Below, piece after piece: positions 1-9,495 of a stretch of DNA of 64,000 bases. The notes beneath the pieces were generated by a model. The model saw nothing but the letters and a program-made list of their open reading frames with translations, did not search any database and was not told where the DNA came from. The stretch's first letter is position 1; each line of letters opens with the position of its first letter. Origin of the DNA: an uncultured Acidimicrobiia bacterium (lineage in GTDB: Bacteria > Actinomycetota > Acidimicrobiia > Acidimicrobiales > AC-14); assembly GCA_963836205.1 (NCBI GenBank), contig CAWIIV010000015.1:96001-160000 (forward strand), given 5' to 3'. The position numbers and the translations under genes are program-made.

Positions 1-935
1 GCCTCGTTCAGCTCGACGACGGCCAGGTCGCCCCACTTGAGGCCGGCCTTGGCCAGCGCCCGTTCCGACGCCTCCACCGGCCCCAGCCCGTAGAGGGGCG
101 GGTCGATGGCCGACACCGCCCTCGCGACCACCCGGGCCAGCGGGCGCCGGCCCATGGAGGCGGCGCCGGCCTCGTCGGCCAGCAGGAGGGCGGCGGCACC
201 GTCGCTCAGGGGGGACGAGTTGCCGGCGGTGACCGTGCCCGAGTCCCGGAAAACGGGCCGGAGGCCGGCCAGCGAGTCGGTCGACGTGTCGTTGCGGATG
301 CACTGGTCGCGGTCGAGCTTCACGCCCGGCACGCCGACGATCTCGGCTGCCATCCGGCCCGCTTCCCATGCGGAGGTGGCCTTGAGGTGGCTTTCGAGGG
401 CGAACTGGTCCTGGTCGTCACGGGAGATGCCGCCCTTGCGGGCCAGGATCTCCGCCCCCTCCCCGAGGGTCACCGTCCAGTCGCGGGGCATGGCCGGGTT
501 CACCAGCCGCCAGCCGAGGGCAGTGGTCACCGGCGACTGCTCGGGGGTGACCGACACCATCGGCGCCCGGCTCATCGACTCCACCCCGCCGGCGATCCCA
601 ATCGACGCGTCGCCGACTGCGATCGCCCGGCTGGCCTCCACCACCGCTTCCATCCCCGACCCGCACAGGCGGTTGACGGTGACGCCGGGCACCGTCACCG
701 GCAGCCCGGCCAGGAGGACGGCCATGCGGGCCACGTCGCGGTTGTCCTCGCCCGCCTGGTTGCCCGCGCCCATCCACACGTCGTCGATCGTCGACCGGTC
801 GAGATCAGGCACCCGCTCCACCAGGGCGGCCAGCACCACCGCGGCCAGGTCGTCGGGACGAACCCCGGCGTACGCGCCTCGGTACCTCCCGATAGGAGTC
901 CGCACTGCCTCGACGACGTACACCGCTTCGGTCAC
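1..935 (-). CDS. Acetyl-CoA acyltransferase (thiolase), 3' end outside window
   Basis: Minus-strand translation from GTG at 935 begins VTEAVYVVEAVRTPIGRYRGAYAGVRPDDLAA, and later contains NRLCGSG and TAGNSSPLSDGA thiolase motifs. Confidence 0.9.
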   Translation of the reverse strand, partial: MTEAVYVVEAVRTPIGRYRGAYAGVRPDDLAAVVLAALVERVPDLDRSTIDDVWMGAGNQAGEDNRDVARMAVLLAGLPVTVPGVTVNRLCGSGMEAVVEASRAIAVGDASIGIAGGVESMSRAPMVSVTPEQSPVTTALGWRLVNPAMPRDWTVTLGEGAEILARKGGISRDDQDQFALESHLKATSAWEAGRMAAEIVGVPGVKLDRDQCIRNDTSTDSLAGLRPVFRDSGTVTAGNSSPLSDGAAALLLADEAGAASMGRRPLARVVARAVSAIDPPLYGLGPVEASERALAKAGLKWGDLAVVELNE

Positions 936-996
936 ACCACCAGAGTGGCGCACTTCCGAGGAGTAGCGGACAGCGGTGCGGGTACGGTGCCCAAAG

Positions 997-1440
997 ATGG
1001 ACCCGGACCGAGCACCCGCGCCCACGTCGGGACAGATGCTCCGCCGTGGGCTGACCAAGCGGTGCCCCGTCTGCGGGAGCGGTCACCTGTTCGACGGCTG
1101 GTTCCGGATGAAGGAGCGCTGCCCCCGCTGCGACTACAAGTTCGAGCGGGAAGAGGGGTTCTTCCTGGGGGCGTACACGATCAACCTGGCCATCTCGGAA
1201 GGGCTCGTGCTCCTCCTGGCCATCGTGCCCCTGATCGCCCTGCTGGGCACCGGCCGTGACGTGGACATCTGGCCCATCGTGGTGATCGGCCTGGTCGCCG
1301 CCATCCTGGCGCCGCTCGTCTTCTACCCCTTCTCCCGCACCATCTGGTCGGCGATCGACCTGGTGCTGCGCCCGCCCGAGCAGACGGAGCCGGCCGACCG
1401 CCACCACGTCCGGCCCCCGGCGACCGGCCCCGCCCGATGA
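997..1440 (+). CDS. DUF983-like Zn-ribbon membrane protein
   Basis: RCPVCGSGHLF...CPRC followed by two hydrophobic segments; overlaps the kinase start (ATGA). Confidence 0.75.
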   Translation: MDPDRAPAPTSGQMLRRGLTKRCPVCGSGHLFDGWFRMKERCPRCDYKFEREEGFFLGAYTINLAISEGLVLLLAIVPLIALLGTGRDVDIWPIVVIGLVAAILAPLVFYPFSRTIWSAIDLVLRPPEQTEPADRHHVRPPATGPAR

Positions 1441-3020
1441 GCGAACGGGTGCTGGGCGGCCGCTACCGCATCGTCAGCCACGTGGCCAAGGGAGGGATGG
1501 CCGAGGTCTTCCTGGGCCACGACCAGCTCCTCGACCGGCCGGTGGCGATCAAGGTGCTCTTCCCCGGCCTGGCCGTGGACCCGACCTTCGTGGAGCGATT
1601 CCGGCGGGAGGCCCAGGCCGCGGCCGGCCTCAACCACCACAACGTGGTCTCGGTCTACGACTTCGGGCAGGACGACGGGGCGTACTACATCGTCATGGAG
1701 TACGTCGACGGTCCCACCCTGCGCGACATCGTCCGGGGCGAGGGGCCGCTGTCTCCGGCCAAGGTCATCGAGATCGGGGCCGAGATCGGGGCGGGACTGG
1801 CCGCCGCCCACCAGGAAGGCGTCCTCCACCGGGACATGAAGCCGGCCAACGTCCTCCTGACCAAGACGGGCAGCGTGAAGGTGGCCGACTTCGGCATCGC
1901 CCGCGCCGCCCACTCGGCCCGGGAGGGACTCACCATGCCGGGGGCGGTGGTGGGCACCGCCACCTACCTGTCGCCCGAGCAGGCCCTGGGCGAGCCCCTC
2001 GACCCCCGCTCCGACGTCTACTCGATGGGCATGGTGCTCTACGAGATGCTGGCCGGCCGCACGCCATTCACCGGCGACACGCCCGTTGCGGTGGCATACA
2101 AGCAGGTCAACGAGGACCCTCCCCCGCCGTCGGTGTACAACCCCGACGTCCCGCCCACGCTCGACGCCCTCGTCATGCGCGCGCTGGCCAAGAACCCGGC
2201 CGGTCGCCAGCAGTCGGCGGAGGCGCTGCGGGCGGAGCTGCTCGACGTCCGCTTCGGCGCCGCCGGCCCGGAGCCCACCATCGTCGCGGCCGGCGCCGCC
2301 GGCCCGGAGCCCACCATCGTCGCGGCCGGCGCCGCCGCCGGCGCCGCAGCGGCGACCCCCATGGCCGACGTCACCGCCACCGCCATCGCCGGCCCGCCCA
2401 CCACGATGATGGGTCCCCCGACGGGGGTCGACGCGGGGCCGCCCCCCGGCCCGCCGCGCCCGCCCCCGACCGCGGCGGCACCGCGCCCGCGGCCGGGGCC
2501 GGGCCCCGGTCCCTCCCCCTACCGCCGGCGGCAGGTGACGGTGGTCGTGGTGGTCCTGCTGGCGGGCCTCGCCGCCATCGCCCTGGCCAGCGCCCTCGGG
2601 GGCGACGACAAGGAGGGCGCACCGGTCACGGTGCCGCCGGTGGTCGGGATGGAGGTCAACGACGCCGTCGCCGAGATCCACCGGGTCGGCCTCAGCCCCC
2701 ACACCGAGACCAAGGACGACCTCGTCGGCGAGCGCGACCACGTCGCCGAGCAGGACCCCCCCGGGGGCACGACGGCCAAGGAGGGCGACACGGTGAGGCT
2801 CTTCCTCCCCGCCGGCAGCTCGGAGACGAGCATCACGACCACGCCCACCACCGGGCCGCCGACCACGCAGGCGCCGGCTACCACCCAGGCGACGACGCCG
2901 ACCACTCAGGCCCCGGCCACCACCGCCGCCACCGCGCCGCCCACGACCGCCCCCGTGGTGACGCTCCCGCCCACCACCACCCCGGTGCCGACGACCGTGG
3001 AGCCGGTGCCCACCACCTGA
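1437..3020 (+). CDS. PknB-like Ser/Thr protein kinase with TM helix, one PASTA domain and Thr/Pro-rich tail
   Basis: [21 protein letters not shown] and YLSPE motifs; TM helix; VPPVVGM...QDPPGGT PASTA-like segment. Confidence 0.93.
   Translation: MSERVLGGRYRIVSHVAKGGMAEVFLGHDQLLDRPVAIKVLFPGLAVDPTFVERFRREAQAAAGLNHHNVVSVYDFGQDDGAYYIVMEYVDGPTLRDIVRGEGPLSPAKVIEIGAEIGAGLAAAHQEGVLHRDMKPANVLLTKTGSVKVADFGIARAAHSAREGLTMPGAVVGTATYLSPEQALGEPLDPRSDVYSMGMVLYEMLAGRTPFTGDTPVAVAYKQVNEDPPPPSVYNPDVPPTLDALVMRALAKNPAGRQQSAEALRAELLDVRFGAAGPEPTIVAAGAAGPEPTIVAAGAAAGAAAATPMADVTATAIAGPPTTMMGPPTGVDAGPPPGPPRPPPTAAAPRPRPGPGPGPSPYRRRQVTVVVVVLLAGLAAIALASALGGDDKEGAPVTVPPVVGMEVNDAVAEIHRVGLSPHTETKDDLVGERDHVAEQDPPGGTTAKEGDTVRLFLPAGSSETSITTTPTTGPPTTQAPATTQATTPTTQAPATTAATAPPTTAPVVTLPPTTTPVPTTVEPVPTT
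2256..2336 (+). repeat. 36-bp in-frame tandem repeat ([12 protein letters not shown] x2) in the kinase linker
   Basis: ggcgccgccggcccggagcccaccatcgtcgcggcc repeated twice. Confidence 0.85.
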
Positions 3021-3024
3021 CCTC

Positions 3025-4152
3025 TCAGTCGGCGGCGGCCACCACCACCTCCGTCGGCACCGGTGGCGGCGTCGTGAGCAGGGCCAGGCCGAAGCCGACC
3101 ATGCCGCTCATCACGGTGACGCCCGACCACAGCTCCACCGACCAGCCCACGGACCGGAAGGTCTCCAGCAGGGCGAAGTAGGTCAGCCACAGCACCGGCG
3201 GCACCGCCGCCGCCCATGCCCGCACCGCCCACGGGCGGTCGGGACGGGGACGGAGGCGCAGGTAGAGAACGTCGGCGACCAGGCCCGCGACCAGCGGGGC
3301 GAGGAAGCCGGGCCCGAGCTCGAACGTCTCGATGGCGGCGGTGAGGGCCCCCACCAGTCCGAAGAGGAAGGCGAACGTGCCGAAGGGCAGCGTCCACCGG
3401 CGGAGGAGGTACAGGGCGGGGGCCAACAGTATGACGGTGGTGACGAGGATGGCGGCGTAGCCCTCCAGCTGCACCTCCTCCACCAACCACGAGGCCAGGT
3501 CCTGGTCGGCGACGAAGAAGGCGGCGAAGTGGTAGGGCCCCTCGGTCATCGCCCCGGTGAGGAAGGGCGAGAAGACCATGAGGAAGAAGGCAACGCCGGC
3601 GGTGGACACCGTCGCCGACAACAGGGCCGGGAAGAAGGCGCGGAAGCCCGGCGCCCGGCTCGACGGGTCGGCCCAGGCTGAGCGGAGGGGGCTGCTCGTC
3701 ACCAGCACCCCGCCCGCGAACAGGATCAGGTGGGACGGGCTGAGCAGCGCCTCCAGGTCGATCTCGATGCCGAACACGGTGTGCCAGACCATGTCGAACA
3801 CACCGCCGGCGGCGAACAGGGCCACGCCCGCCAGGCCGAGCCCGTAGCCGACTGGGACACTCGCGGCCAGACCGAGCCCGGAGCCGGCGGCGCCCTCCGC
3901 CCGCCGCCGCTGCACCATCCAGGTCATCCACGCCGCGGTGGCGAGGAAGCCGGAATAGAACAGGGCGTGCCAGGGGGTGAAGAACGTCTCCGGCTTGTCG
4001 TTGTTGTGGGCCCAGCCGTCGACGAAGATCCCCCCGATCAGCCAGGTGGCGAAGACCATCGTGAGCAGGTCCTCCCGCCGGGTGGCGCGGGGTCGGGCAG
4101 TGGCAGCGGCGGCGGGGGGATGTCCGTCACCGACCGAGGCCGTCGAGCGCAT
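3025..4152 (-). CDS. Multi-pass membrane protein of unknown function
   Basis: 375-aa ORF with ~10 hydrophobic helices and DGWAH and DMVWH motifs. Confidence 0.75.
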   Translation of the reverse strand: MRSTASVGDGHPPAAAATARPRATRREDLLTMVFATWLIGGIFVDGWAHNNDKPETFFTPWHALFYSGFLATAAWMTWMVQRRRAEGAAGSGLGLAASVPVGYGLGLAGVALFAAGGVFDMVWHTVFGIEIDLEALLSPSHLILFAGGVLVTSSPLRSAWADPSSRAPGFRAFFPALLSATVSTAGVAFFLMVFSPFLTGAMTEGPYHFAAFFVADQDLASWLVEEVQLEGYAAILVTTVILLAPALYLLRRWTLPFGTFAFLFGLVGALTAAIETFELGPGFLAPLVAGLVADVLYLRLRPRPDRPWAVRAWAAAVPPVLWLTYFALLETFRSVGWSVELWSGVTVMSGMVGFGLALLTTPPPVPTEVVVAAAD

Positions 4153-4188
4153 CCCCCGACGGTAGGGGTCGCGAGGGGCGGATGCCCG

Positions 4189-4431
4189 TCACCGCCCGCC
4201 GGCCGGCCCGCCGTCGAACGTCAGCAGGTCGCCCGGCTGGCAGTCCAGCGCCGCGCACAGCCCGGCCAGCGTGGAGAACCGGATGGCCCGGGCCTTTCCC
4301 GTCTTGAGGATCGACATGTTGGCCAGGGTGAGCCCGACCCGGTCGGCCAGCTCGGTGAGCGTCATCCCCCGCTCCTGGAGGAGGGCGTCGAGGTGCACCG
4401 AGATCGACGTGACGTCGCCGTCGGAGGGCAT
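4189..4431 (-). CDS. Xre/Cro-family HTH regulator (YozG-like)
   Basis: MTLTELADRVGLTLANMSILKTGKARAIRFSTL...LDCQPGDLL. Confidence 0.9.
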   Translation of the reverse strand: MPSDGDVTSISVHLDALLQERGMTLTELADRVGLTLANMSILKTGKARAIRFSTLAGLCAALDCQPGDLLTFDGGPAGGR

Positions 4432-4432
4432 C

Positions 4433-5008
4433 TCAGACGGTGAGCTGCTGCTCGTCGCGCAGGTCGACGCCCCGCTGCCAGATCTCGGCCAGGGCGAACA
4501 GCACCGCCGCCCAGACAAGGGGAGCGATGTCGGGGGAGGCGAAGATGTCGTCGAGGCCGAGGTGGCGCTGGATGACGACGGCGACCCCCGCCCGGGCCAC
4601 CGTCAGCAGGTAGTACCCGACGGTCAGTGCCCCGATCAGGCGGAGGCGGCGGACGTTGCTCCGTACGAAGGGGTCGCCGGCGCGGGCGGTGGCCACGATC
4701 TGGCGCAGCACGGAGGCGCCGGCAACCACCAACAGTCCGGCGGCCGGACCTACCAACCACCACAGAAGCCTGTACCCGAGCCCGATCGGGGTGGCCGTGG
4801 CCAGGCCCTCGGCCTGCTCGAGGGACACCCGAGGAGGGAGCAGCTCGCCGACCTCCTCCGTCGGCAAACCGATCGCCAGATCGGCCAGGTCGGCCGAGGT
4901 GACCGCCGCGATCAGGGCGAGCAGGGCCACCAGTCCACCCAGGGCGAGTGCGGTCAGCAGCACCATGTCGAGCATCGGCAACAGCGATCTGTCCCTCAAG
5001 CGCACCAT
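4433..5008 (-). CDS. DUF2975-family membrane protein
   Basis: GDPFVRSNVRRLR...RGVDLRDEQQLTV C-terminus; RBS aaggag; paired with the Xre gene. Confidence 0.85.
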   Translation of the reverse strand: MVRLRDRSLLPMLDMVLLTALALGGLVALLALIAAVTSADLADLAIGLPTEEVGELLPPRVSLEQAEGLATATPIGLGYRLLWWLVGPAAGLLVVAGASVLRQIVATARAGDPFVRSNVRRLRLIGALTVGYYLLTVARAGVAVVIQRHLGLDDIFASPDIAPLVWAAVLFALAEIWQRGVDLRDEQQLTV

Positions 5009-5024
5009 GTCCGTCTCCTTCCTG

Positions 5025-5055
5025 TATCGAAGAACGATAACATCGTTTTTCGATA
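5025..5055. promoter_or_regulatory. Inverted-repeat operator, likely bound by the Xre regulator
   Basis: TATCGAAGAACGAT-aac-ATCGTTTTTCGATA (13/14 match) between divergent genes. Confidence 0.7.
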
Positions 5056-5086
5056 AGCGGCGCACAGAGAGGGAGAATGTCCGGCG

Positions 5087-6232
5087 ATGGCGACTCCCGA
5101 GCAGGCGACGGCGGCGTTGGCGGCGGTGAGCGAGGCCGTGCTCGGGGTGGCGGGCGACCTGTCGGTCGCGACCGTCCTCCGACGGTTGGCGGAGGCGGCC
5201 CAGCAGCTGGTGGGCGCCCGCTACGCGGCCATCGGCGTCCCCGACGACGATGGCGACGGCTTCGCCCAGTTCATCCACGTGGGGATGAGCGACGAGCTGG
5301 TCGACGCGATCGGCCCCCTCCCCAGGACCCACGGGCTCCTCGGGTCGATGCTGGTCGACCCCATCCCCTACCGCACCGACGACGTGCGGGCCGATCCCCG
5401 GTTCCGTTGGTGGCCGGCGGCCCACCCCCGGATGCGGTCGTTCCTGGGCGTGCCCATCGTCTTCAAGGGCGACGTGGTGGGGGCGTTCTACCTGGCCGAC
5501 AAGGAGGCGGGCGAGCGGTTCACCGACGACGACGAGTCGCTCATCGGCCTGCTGGCGGCCCACGCCGCCATCGCCATCGAGAACGCCCGCCTCTACGAGC
5601 AGAGCCGGGAGCTGAGCATCGTCGAGGAGCGCAACCGCATCGCCCTGGAGCTGCACGACGCCACCGCCCAGACCCTGTTCGGCATCCGCCTGGCGGCCGA
5701 CACCGCCCTCGGCCTGGTGGCCACCGACCCCGACCGGGCCTCGGCCGAGCTGGCCACGGTGCGCGACCTGGCCGGCACCGCCGCCACCGAGCTGCGCTCG
5801 CTGATCTTCGCCCTGCGGCCGGCCGCCGTCGCCGCCGACGGGCTGATCGCCGCCCTCGGCAAGCACGTCGAGCTCCTCGGCCGCACCCACCGGCTGCACA
5901 TGGCCGTGCACGCCGACGGGGCCGGGCTGGCCGACCTGCCGGACGACGTCGAGGCCGACCTCTACCGGGTGGCCCAGGAGGCGCTCAACAACGTTGTCCG
6001 CCACGCGTCGGCCACTTCGGTGACCGTGACTCTCTCGTCGGCCGACGGCACGGTCACCCTCACCGTGGCCGACGACGGGGCCGGCTTCGACCCCGCCGCC
6101 CGCAGCATCCGCGCCCACCGCCTGGGCCTGACGTCGATGGCGGCCCGCACCGCCCGCCACGGCGGCACCACCCGGATCGAGTCCGCCGCCGGGAAGGGCA
6201 CCACCGTCACCGCCGAGGTCCCGCGGCCGTGA
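5087..6232 (+). CDS. GAF-domain sensor histidine kinase (HisKA_3)
   Basis: GAF domain, EERNRIALELHD H-box, QEALNNVVRH, DDGAGF, GLTSM. Confidence 0.93.
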   Translation: MATPEQATAALAAVSEAVLGVAGDLSVATVLRRLAEAAQQLVGARYAAIGVPDDDGDGFAQFIHVGMSDELVDAIGPLPRTHGLLGSMLVDPIPYRTDDVRADPRFRWWPAAHPRMRSFLGVPIVFKGDVVGAFYLADKEAGERFTDDDESLIGLLAAHAAIAIENARLYEQSRELSIVEERNRIALELHDATAQTLFGIRLAADTALGLVATDPDRASAELATVRDLAGTAATELRSLIFALRPAAVAADGLIAALGKHVELLGRTHRLHMAVHADGAGLADLPDDVEADLYRVAQEALNNVVRHASATSVTVTLSSADGTVTLTVADDGAGFDPAARSIRAHRLGLTSMAARTARHGGTTRIESAAGKGTTVTAEVPRP

Positions 6233-6898
6233 TCCGGGTGCTCGTGGTCGACGACCACCCCATCGTCCGCCAGGGCCTGCGCTCGTTTCTCTCGAGCCGG
6301 GACGGGATCGAGGTGGTGGGCGACGCCGGCGACGGCGAGGCGGCGGTGGCGACGGTGGGCGAGCTGCGGCCCGACGTGGTGCTCATGGACCTGGTCATGC
6401 CCGGGATGGGCGGGCTGGCCGCCATCCGGGCCGTCTCCGACCTCGGCCTGGGCACTCGGATCCTGGTCCTGACCAGCTTCTCATCGGAGGACCAGGTCAT
6501 CCCCGCCATCCAGGCCGGGGCCGCCGGGTACCTCCTCAAGGACGCCTCTCCGGAGGAGGTGGAGGGGGCGGTGCGGGCGGTCCACGCGGGCGAGGGCCGG
6601 CTCGACCCGTCCCTCGCCGCGGTGGTGATGGCGGCCGCGGCCGGCGGCCACGAGCCGGGCCGACGACGACGGCCTGGCCCGGCTCACCCCCCGGGAGACC
6701 GAAGTCCTCCGCCTCCTGGGCGAGGGGCTGTCCAACCGGGCCCTGGCCGAGCGCCTGTTCGTGTCGGAGAAGACGGTGAAGACCCACGTCAGCAGCGTCC
6801 TGGCCAAGCTCGGACTCACCGATCGCACCCAGGCCGCCCTCTTCGCCGTCCACCACCGCCTGGTCGCCGACCTTCCTGGGCCGGAAAAGGGGCGCTGA
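6229..6898 (+). CDS. NarL/LuxR-family response regulator (one frameshift near 6655)
   Basis: VIRVLVVDDHPIVRQG receiver domain; HTH LTPRETEVLRLLGEGLSN...KTVKTHVSSVLAKL continues in another frame. Confidence 0.85.
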
Positions 6899-6981
6899 TA
6901 CACCTCCGACAGGGTCCCCCACTCGCTTGAGCAGGGGTCCCAGCGTGGAGTCGGCAACCCCGACCTCACAGGAGGATTCCG

Positions 6982-8385
6982 ATGGCCCACGTTGGAGGAC
7001 AGCTTCAAGCGCAGTTCATGGCCCGTATCCGCGGGCGTGACCCCGAGCGTTGCCTGGTGGTGCCCGTCGACGTCGGCAAGTCGTCGGCGATGGCGCTCGT
7101 CGCCGACCACTACGGCGAGATGGTCGTGGCGCCCTTCGAGTTCGTCCTCACCGAGACCGGGTTCGCGGTGCTGTCGGGAGCGATCGCCCGGGCCGAGGCG
7201 ACGCGCTCGGCCGAGGTCGTGCGGGTCGGGGTGGAATCGGCCGGGCACTACCACCGCACGCTCGTGGCCCGCCTGCGGGCCGGCGGCCACGAGGTCGTCG
7301 AGCTCAACCCGGCGGCGGTGAAGGAGGCCCGGTCCCAGCAGCTGCTGCGCCGCCTCAAGAGCGACGCCCGGGACCTGGGGGCGATGGCCGAGCTGATGAT
7401 CCGTGGCGCCGGCCGCCCCCCGGCGGTGCGCACCGACGCCCTGGCCACCCAGGGCGCATGGGTCGCCCACCGCCGGCGCAAGGTGTCGGCCCGGGTGGCG
7501 CTGGCCAACCAGGTCATCGGCCAGCTCGACCTGGTCTTCCCCGGCCTCGACGGCTGCTTCTCCGACCTGCTCGGCGCCCGCGCCGGGCGGGTGATCGTCA
7601 CCCACATCTGCGACCCCGACCGCGTCCGGCGCCAGGGGATCGAGGGCCTGCGTCGCTTCGTGGCCCGACGAGGCGTGACGCTGTCGGGGCCCAAGGCCAC
7701 CCAGGTTGTCGAGGCGGCCCGGGTGGCGCTGCGCCTGCCAGCCGCAGAGCGGGCCGTCCTGGGCAGGGTCTTAGCCGCTGACCTGGCTCTTCTCGCCAGC
7801 CTCGAGGCCGGGATCGTCGCCGCCGAGGTGTCCCTGGCCGAGGTCCTGGCGGACACCCCGGCGCGGATACTGACCTCCCTGCCCGGGGTGGCGGTGGTGC
7901 GGGCCTCGAACTACGGCGCCGGCATCGGCGACCCGGCCCGGTTCCCGAACGCGGCCGCCGCCTACCGGGCGGCGGGCCTGGTCCCGACGCTGTACGAGTC
8001 GGCCGGGAGATCCCGGTCCCGCCAGCACATCAGCCGGGAAGGCTCCGTCGAGCTGCGCCAGGCGATCATCGAGCTCGGCCGGGGCCTGGCCCAGCACGAG
8101 GCCGACTTCCGCCACTACCGCCGCCGGATCCTCGACTCGGGCAAGCCGGCCTCGGTGGCGGCCGTCGCCGTCGGCCATCGGGCCCACCGCCTGGCCTTCG
8201 CCATGCTGCGCGACCAGTTGCCCTACGACCCGGCCCGATGGACCGAGTCGGTGGCGGCGGGCATGACCGCCATGGCGAAGACCCGACGGGCCCACCAGAA
8301 CGACGTGACGTGCCCGCCGCCGGCCACCAGCGTGCCCGAAGGGGGTGAGGCCGACAACACCACCGCCAGACGCTCTCGGGGCTGA
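6982..8385 (+). CDS. IS110-family DEDD recombinase/transposase
   Basis: VDVGK, VESAGHY, KSDARD (DEDD RuvC); SLPGV and GLVP..YESAG (Tnp domain with catalytic Ser); RBS ggagga. Confidence 0.93.
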   Translation: MAHVGGQLQAQFMARIRGRDPERCLVVPVDVGKSSAMALVADHYGEMVVAPFEFVLTETGFAVLSGAIARAEATRSAEVVRVGVESAGHYHRTLVARLRAGGHEVVELNPAAVKEARSQQLLRRLKSDARDLGAMAELMIRGAGRPPAVRTDALATQGAWVAHRRRKVSARVALANQVIGQLDLVFPGLDGCFSDLLGARAGRVIVTHICDPDRVRRQGIEGLRRFVARRGVTLSGPKATQVVEAARVALRLPAAERAVLGRVLAADLALLASLEAGIVAAEVSLAEVLADTPARILTSLPGVAVVRASNYGAGIGDPARFPNAAAAYRAAGLVPTLYESAGRSRSRQHISREGSVELRQAIIELGRGLAQHEADFRHYRRRILDSGKPASVAAVAVGHRAHRLAFAMLRDQLPYDPARWTESVAAGMTAMAKTRRAHQNDVTCPPPATSVPEGGEADNTTARRSRG

Positions 8386-8399
8386 AACGCCCCGAGATC

Positions 8400-8565
8400 G
8401 GCGGCGGGGGGCCCGGACCGATGTCGAGTGCGCTACGACGTCCTTCGGGAACGTCGCTTCTAGCATGACGCCGGGTCCCTCCCACTGAAGCGAGCGCGAA
8501 CGTGGTTGCCTGACCCGCCCTCGGGCGAGGTCGCGTATGTCAGCGTGTGCCGCGAGGGAGGCCGC
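8400..8565 (+). ncRNA. Putative IS110 bridge RNA (target-binding and donor-binding loops)
   Basis: Guide pairs GTGCGCT/TCTAGC and GGTTGC/TGTCAGC flank internal hairpins and match the target and donor junctions; RNA ends are approximate. Confidence 0.7.
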
Positions 8566-8699
8566 CGAACCGGAAATCACCCCGAACCGGATCGACGCGC
8601 CCCTCGACGGACGCCTACTTCACCGCGGCTCCACAAGACTGTTGACAAACCAGACGGTTGCTAGACGCACCTTTTCATGCCCAAGACCGTCGTCGTGCC

Positions 8700-9047
8700 T
8701 CAGCTCATGGACCGGATGCGCAGGCCGCGAACTGGCTCGAAGTGCTTCGTGTTGCGGGTGGCAAGGCCAAGCCGGTGTTCCAGGGCGGTGGCTGCGATCA
8801 ACGCGTCGGGCAGGCGCAGGCCGGTCTCCCGCCGGATCCGCCCCGCCCGTTCGGCAACGGCGCAATCGACGGGAATCTCCCGGAACGGGGCGAGAACCCG
8901 GCCCGCCAGGTCGGTACCAGTGGCCCCGGCGAAGAGCTCGGCACGCGTGACGACCGAGTAGTGGAGTCGGTGCTGACCCGCCTTCAGCTCGACCGCACCA
9001 CGCAGATGATCGATGAAGATGTCCGTGTCGACGAGAATGTCAGCCAC
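8700..9047 (-). CDS. vapC: VapC-family PIN toxin
   Basis: ILVDTDIFID...TRAEL...LPDALIAATA...TRNTKHF PIN motifs. Confidence 0.9.
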   Translation of the reverse strand: MADILVDTDIFIDHLRGAVELKAGQHRLHYSVVTRAELFAGATGTDLAGRVLAPFREIPVDCAVAERAGRIRRETGLRLPDALIAATALEHRLGLATRNTKHFEPVRGLRIRSMS

Positions 9048-9258
9048 GGACCCACTCGTCGCGGCTGGGCGCGGCGGCCTCAGGATCGGCTCCGAAGGTG
9101 GCGGCCAAGGCCGGACCCGGATCGCGGGCGGTTCCGAGGTAGACGTCGAGCGCCCGCCGGACGACTTCGGCCAGGCTCACCCCCTCGGCGCGGGCGATCT
9201 CGTCGATCAGCCGACGTTGTTCAGTGGTGAGATACACCTGCGTCCGCGTGGCCGACAT
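9040..9258 (-). CDS. CopG/RHH antitoxin (VapB-like)
   Basis: RTQVYL...GVSLAEVVRRALD ribbon-helix-helix; overlaps the toxin start. Confidence 0.85.
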   Translation of the reverse strand: MSATRTQVYLTTEQRRLIDEIARAEGVSLAEVVRRALDVYLGTARDPGPALAATFGADPEAAAPSRDEWVRG

Positions 9259-9310
9259 ACAGCACGACTATACAGCGCGGTCTCGTCTTCGGCCTCTCCG
9301 TAGGGTCTGC

Positions 9311-9400
9311 GTGATCGACCGTTTCACGTTGGAACGCCGGACGGCGCTGGTGCCGGGCGCCTCGCGGGGAATCGGGGCGACGACCGCCCGCGCCCATCAA
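9311..9400 (+). pseudogene. N-terminal fragment of an SDR oxidoreductase
   Basis: VIDRFTLERRTALVPGASRGIGATTARA, after which homology is lost. Confidence 0.5.
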
Positions 9401-9495
9401 CGCCGCCCTGGAGAAGTTGCGGGTGGAGGAGGTCGGCGAGCGGACGGGCCTCCGGTTCCGCGTCATGCGCCAGCAGTAGACGCCAGACTGGGGGC

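Larger units (their letters stand above)
6895..8662 (+). mobile_element. IS110-family insertion sequence
   Basis: GCT occurs at both junctions (6894-6896, 8660-8662); excision restores a palindrome; outward-facing TTGACA at 8642. Confidence 0.8.

Noticed and set aside
106-1259. Long plus-strand ORFs (also 41298-43976, 45383-47548, 13501-15435 and similar)
   Set aside because: High-GC shadow ORFs overlapping recognisable genes on another strand or frame.
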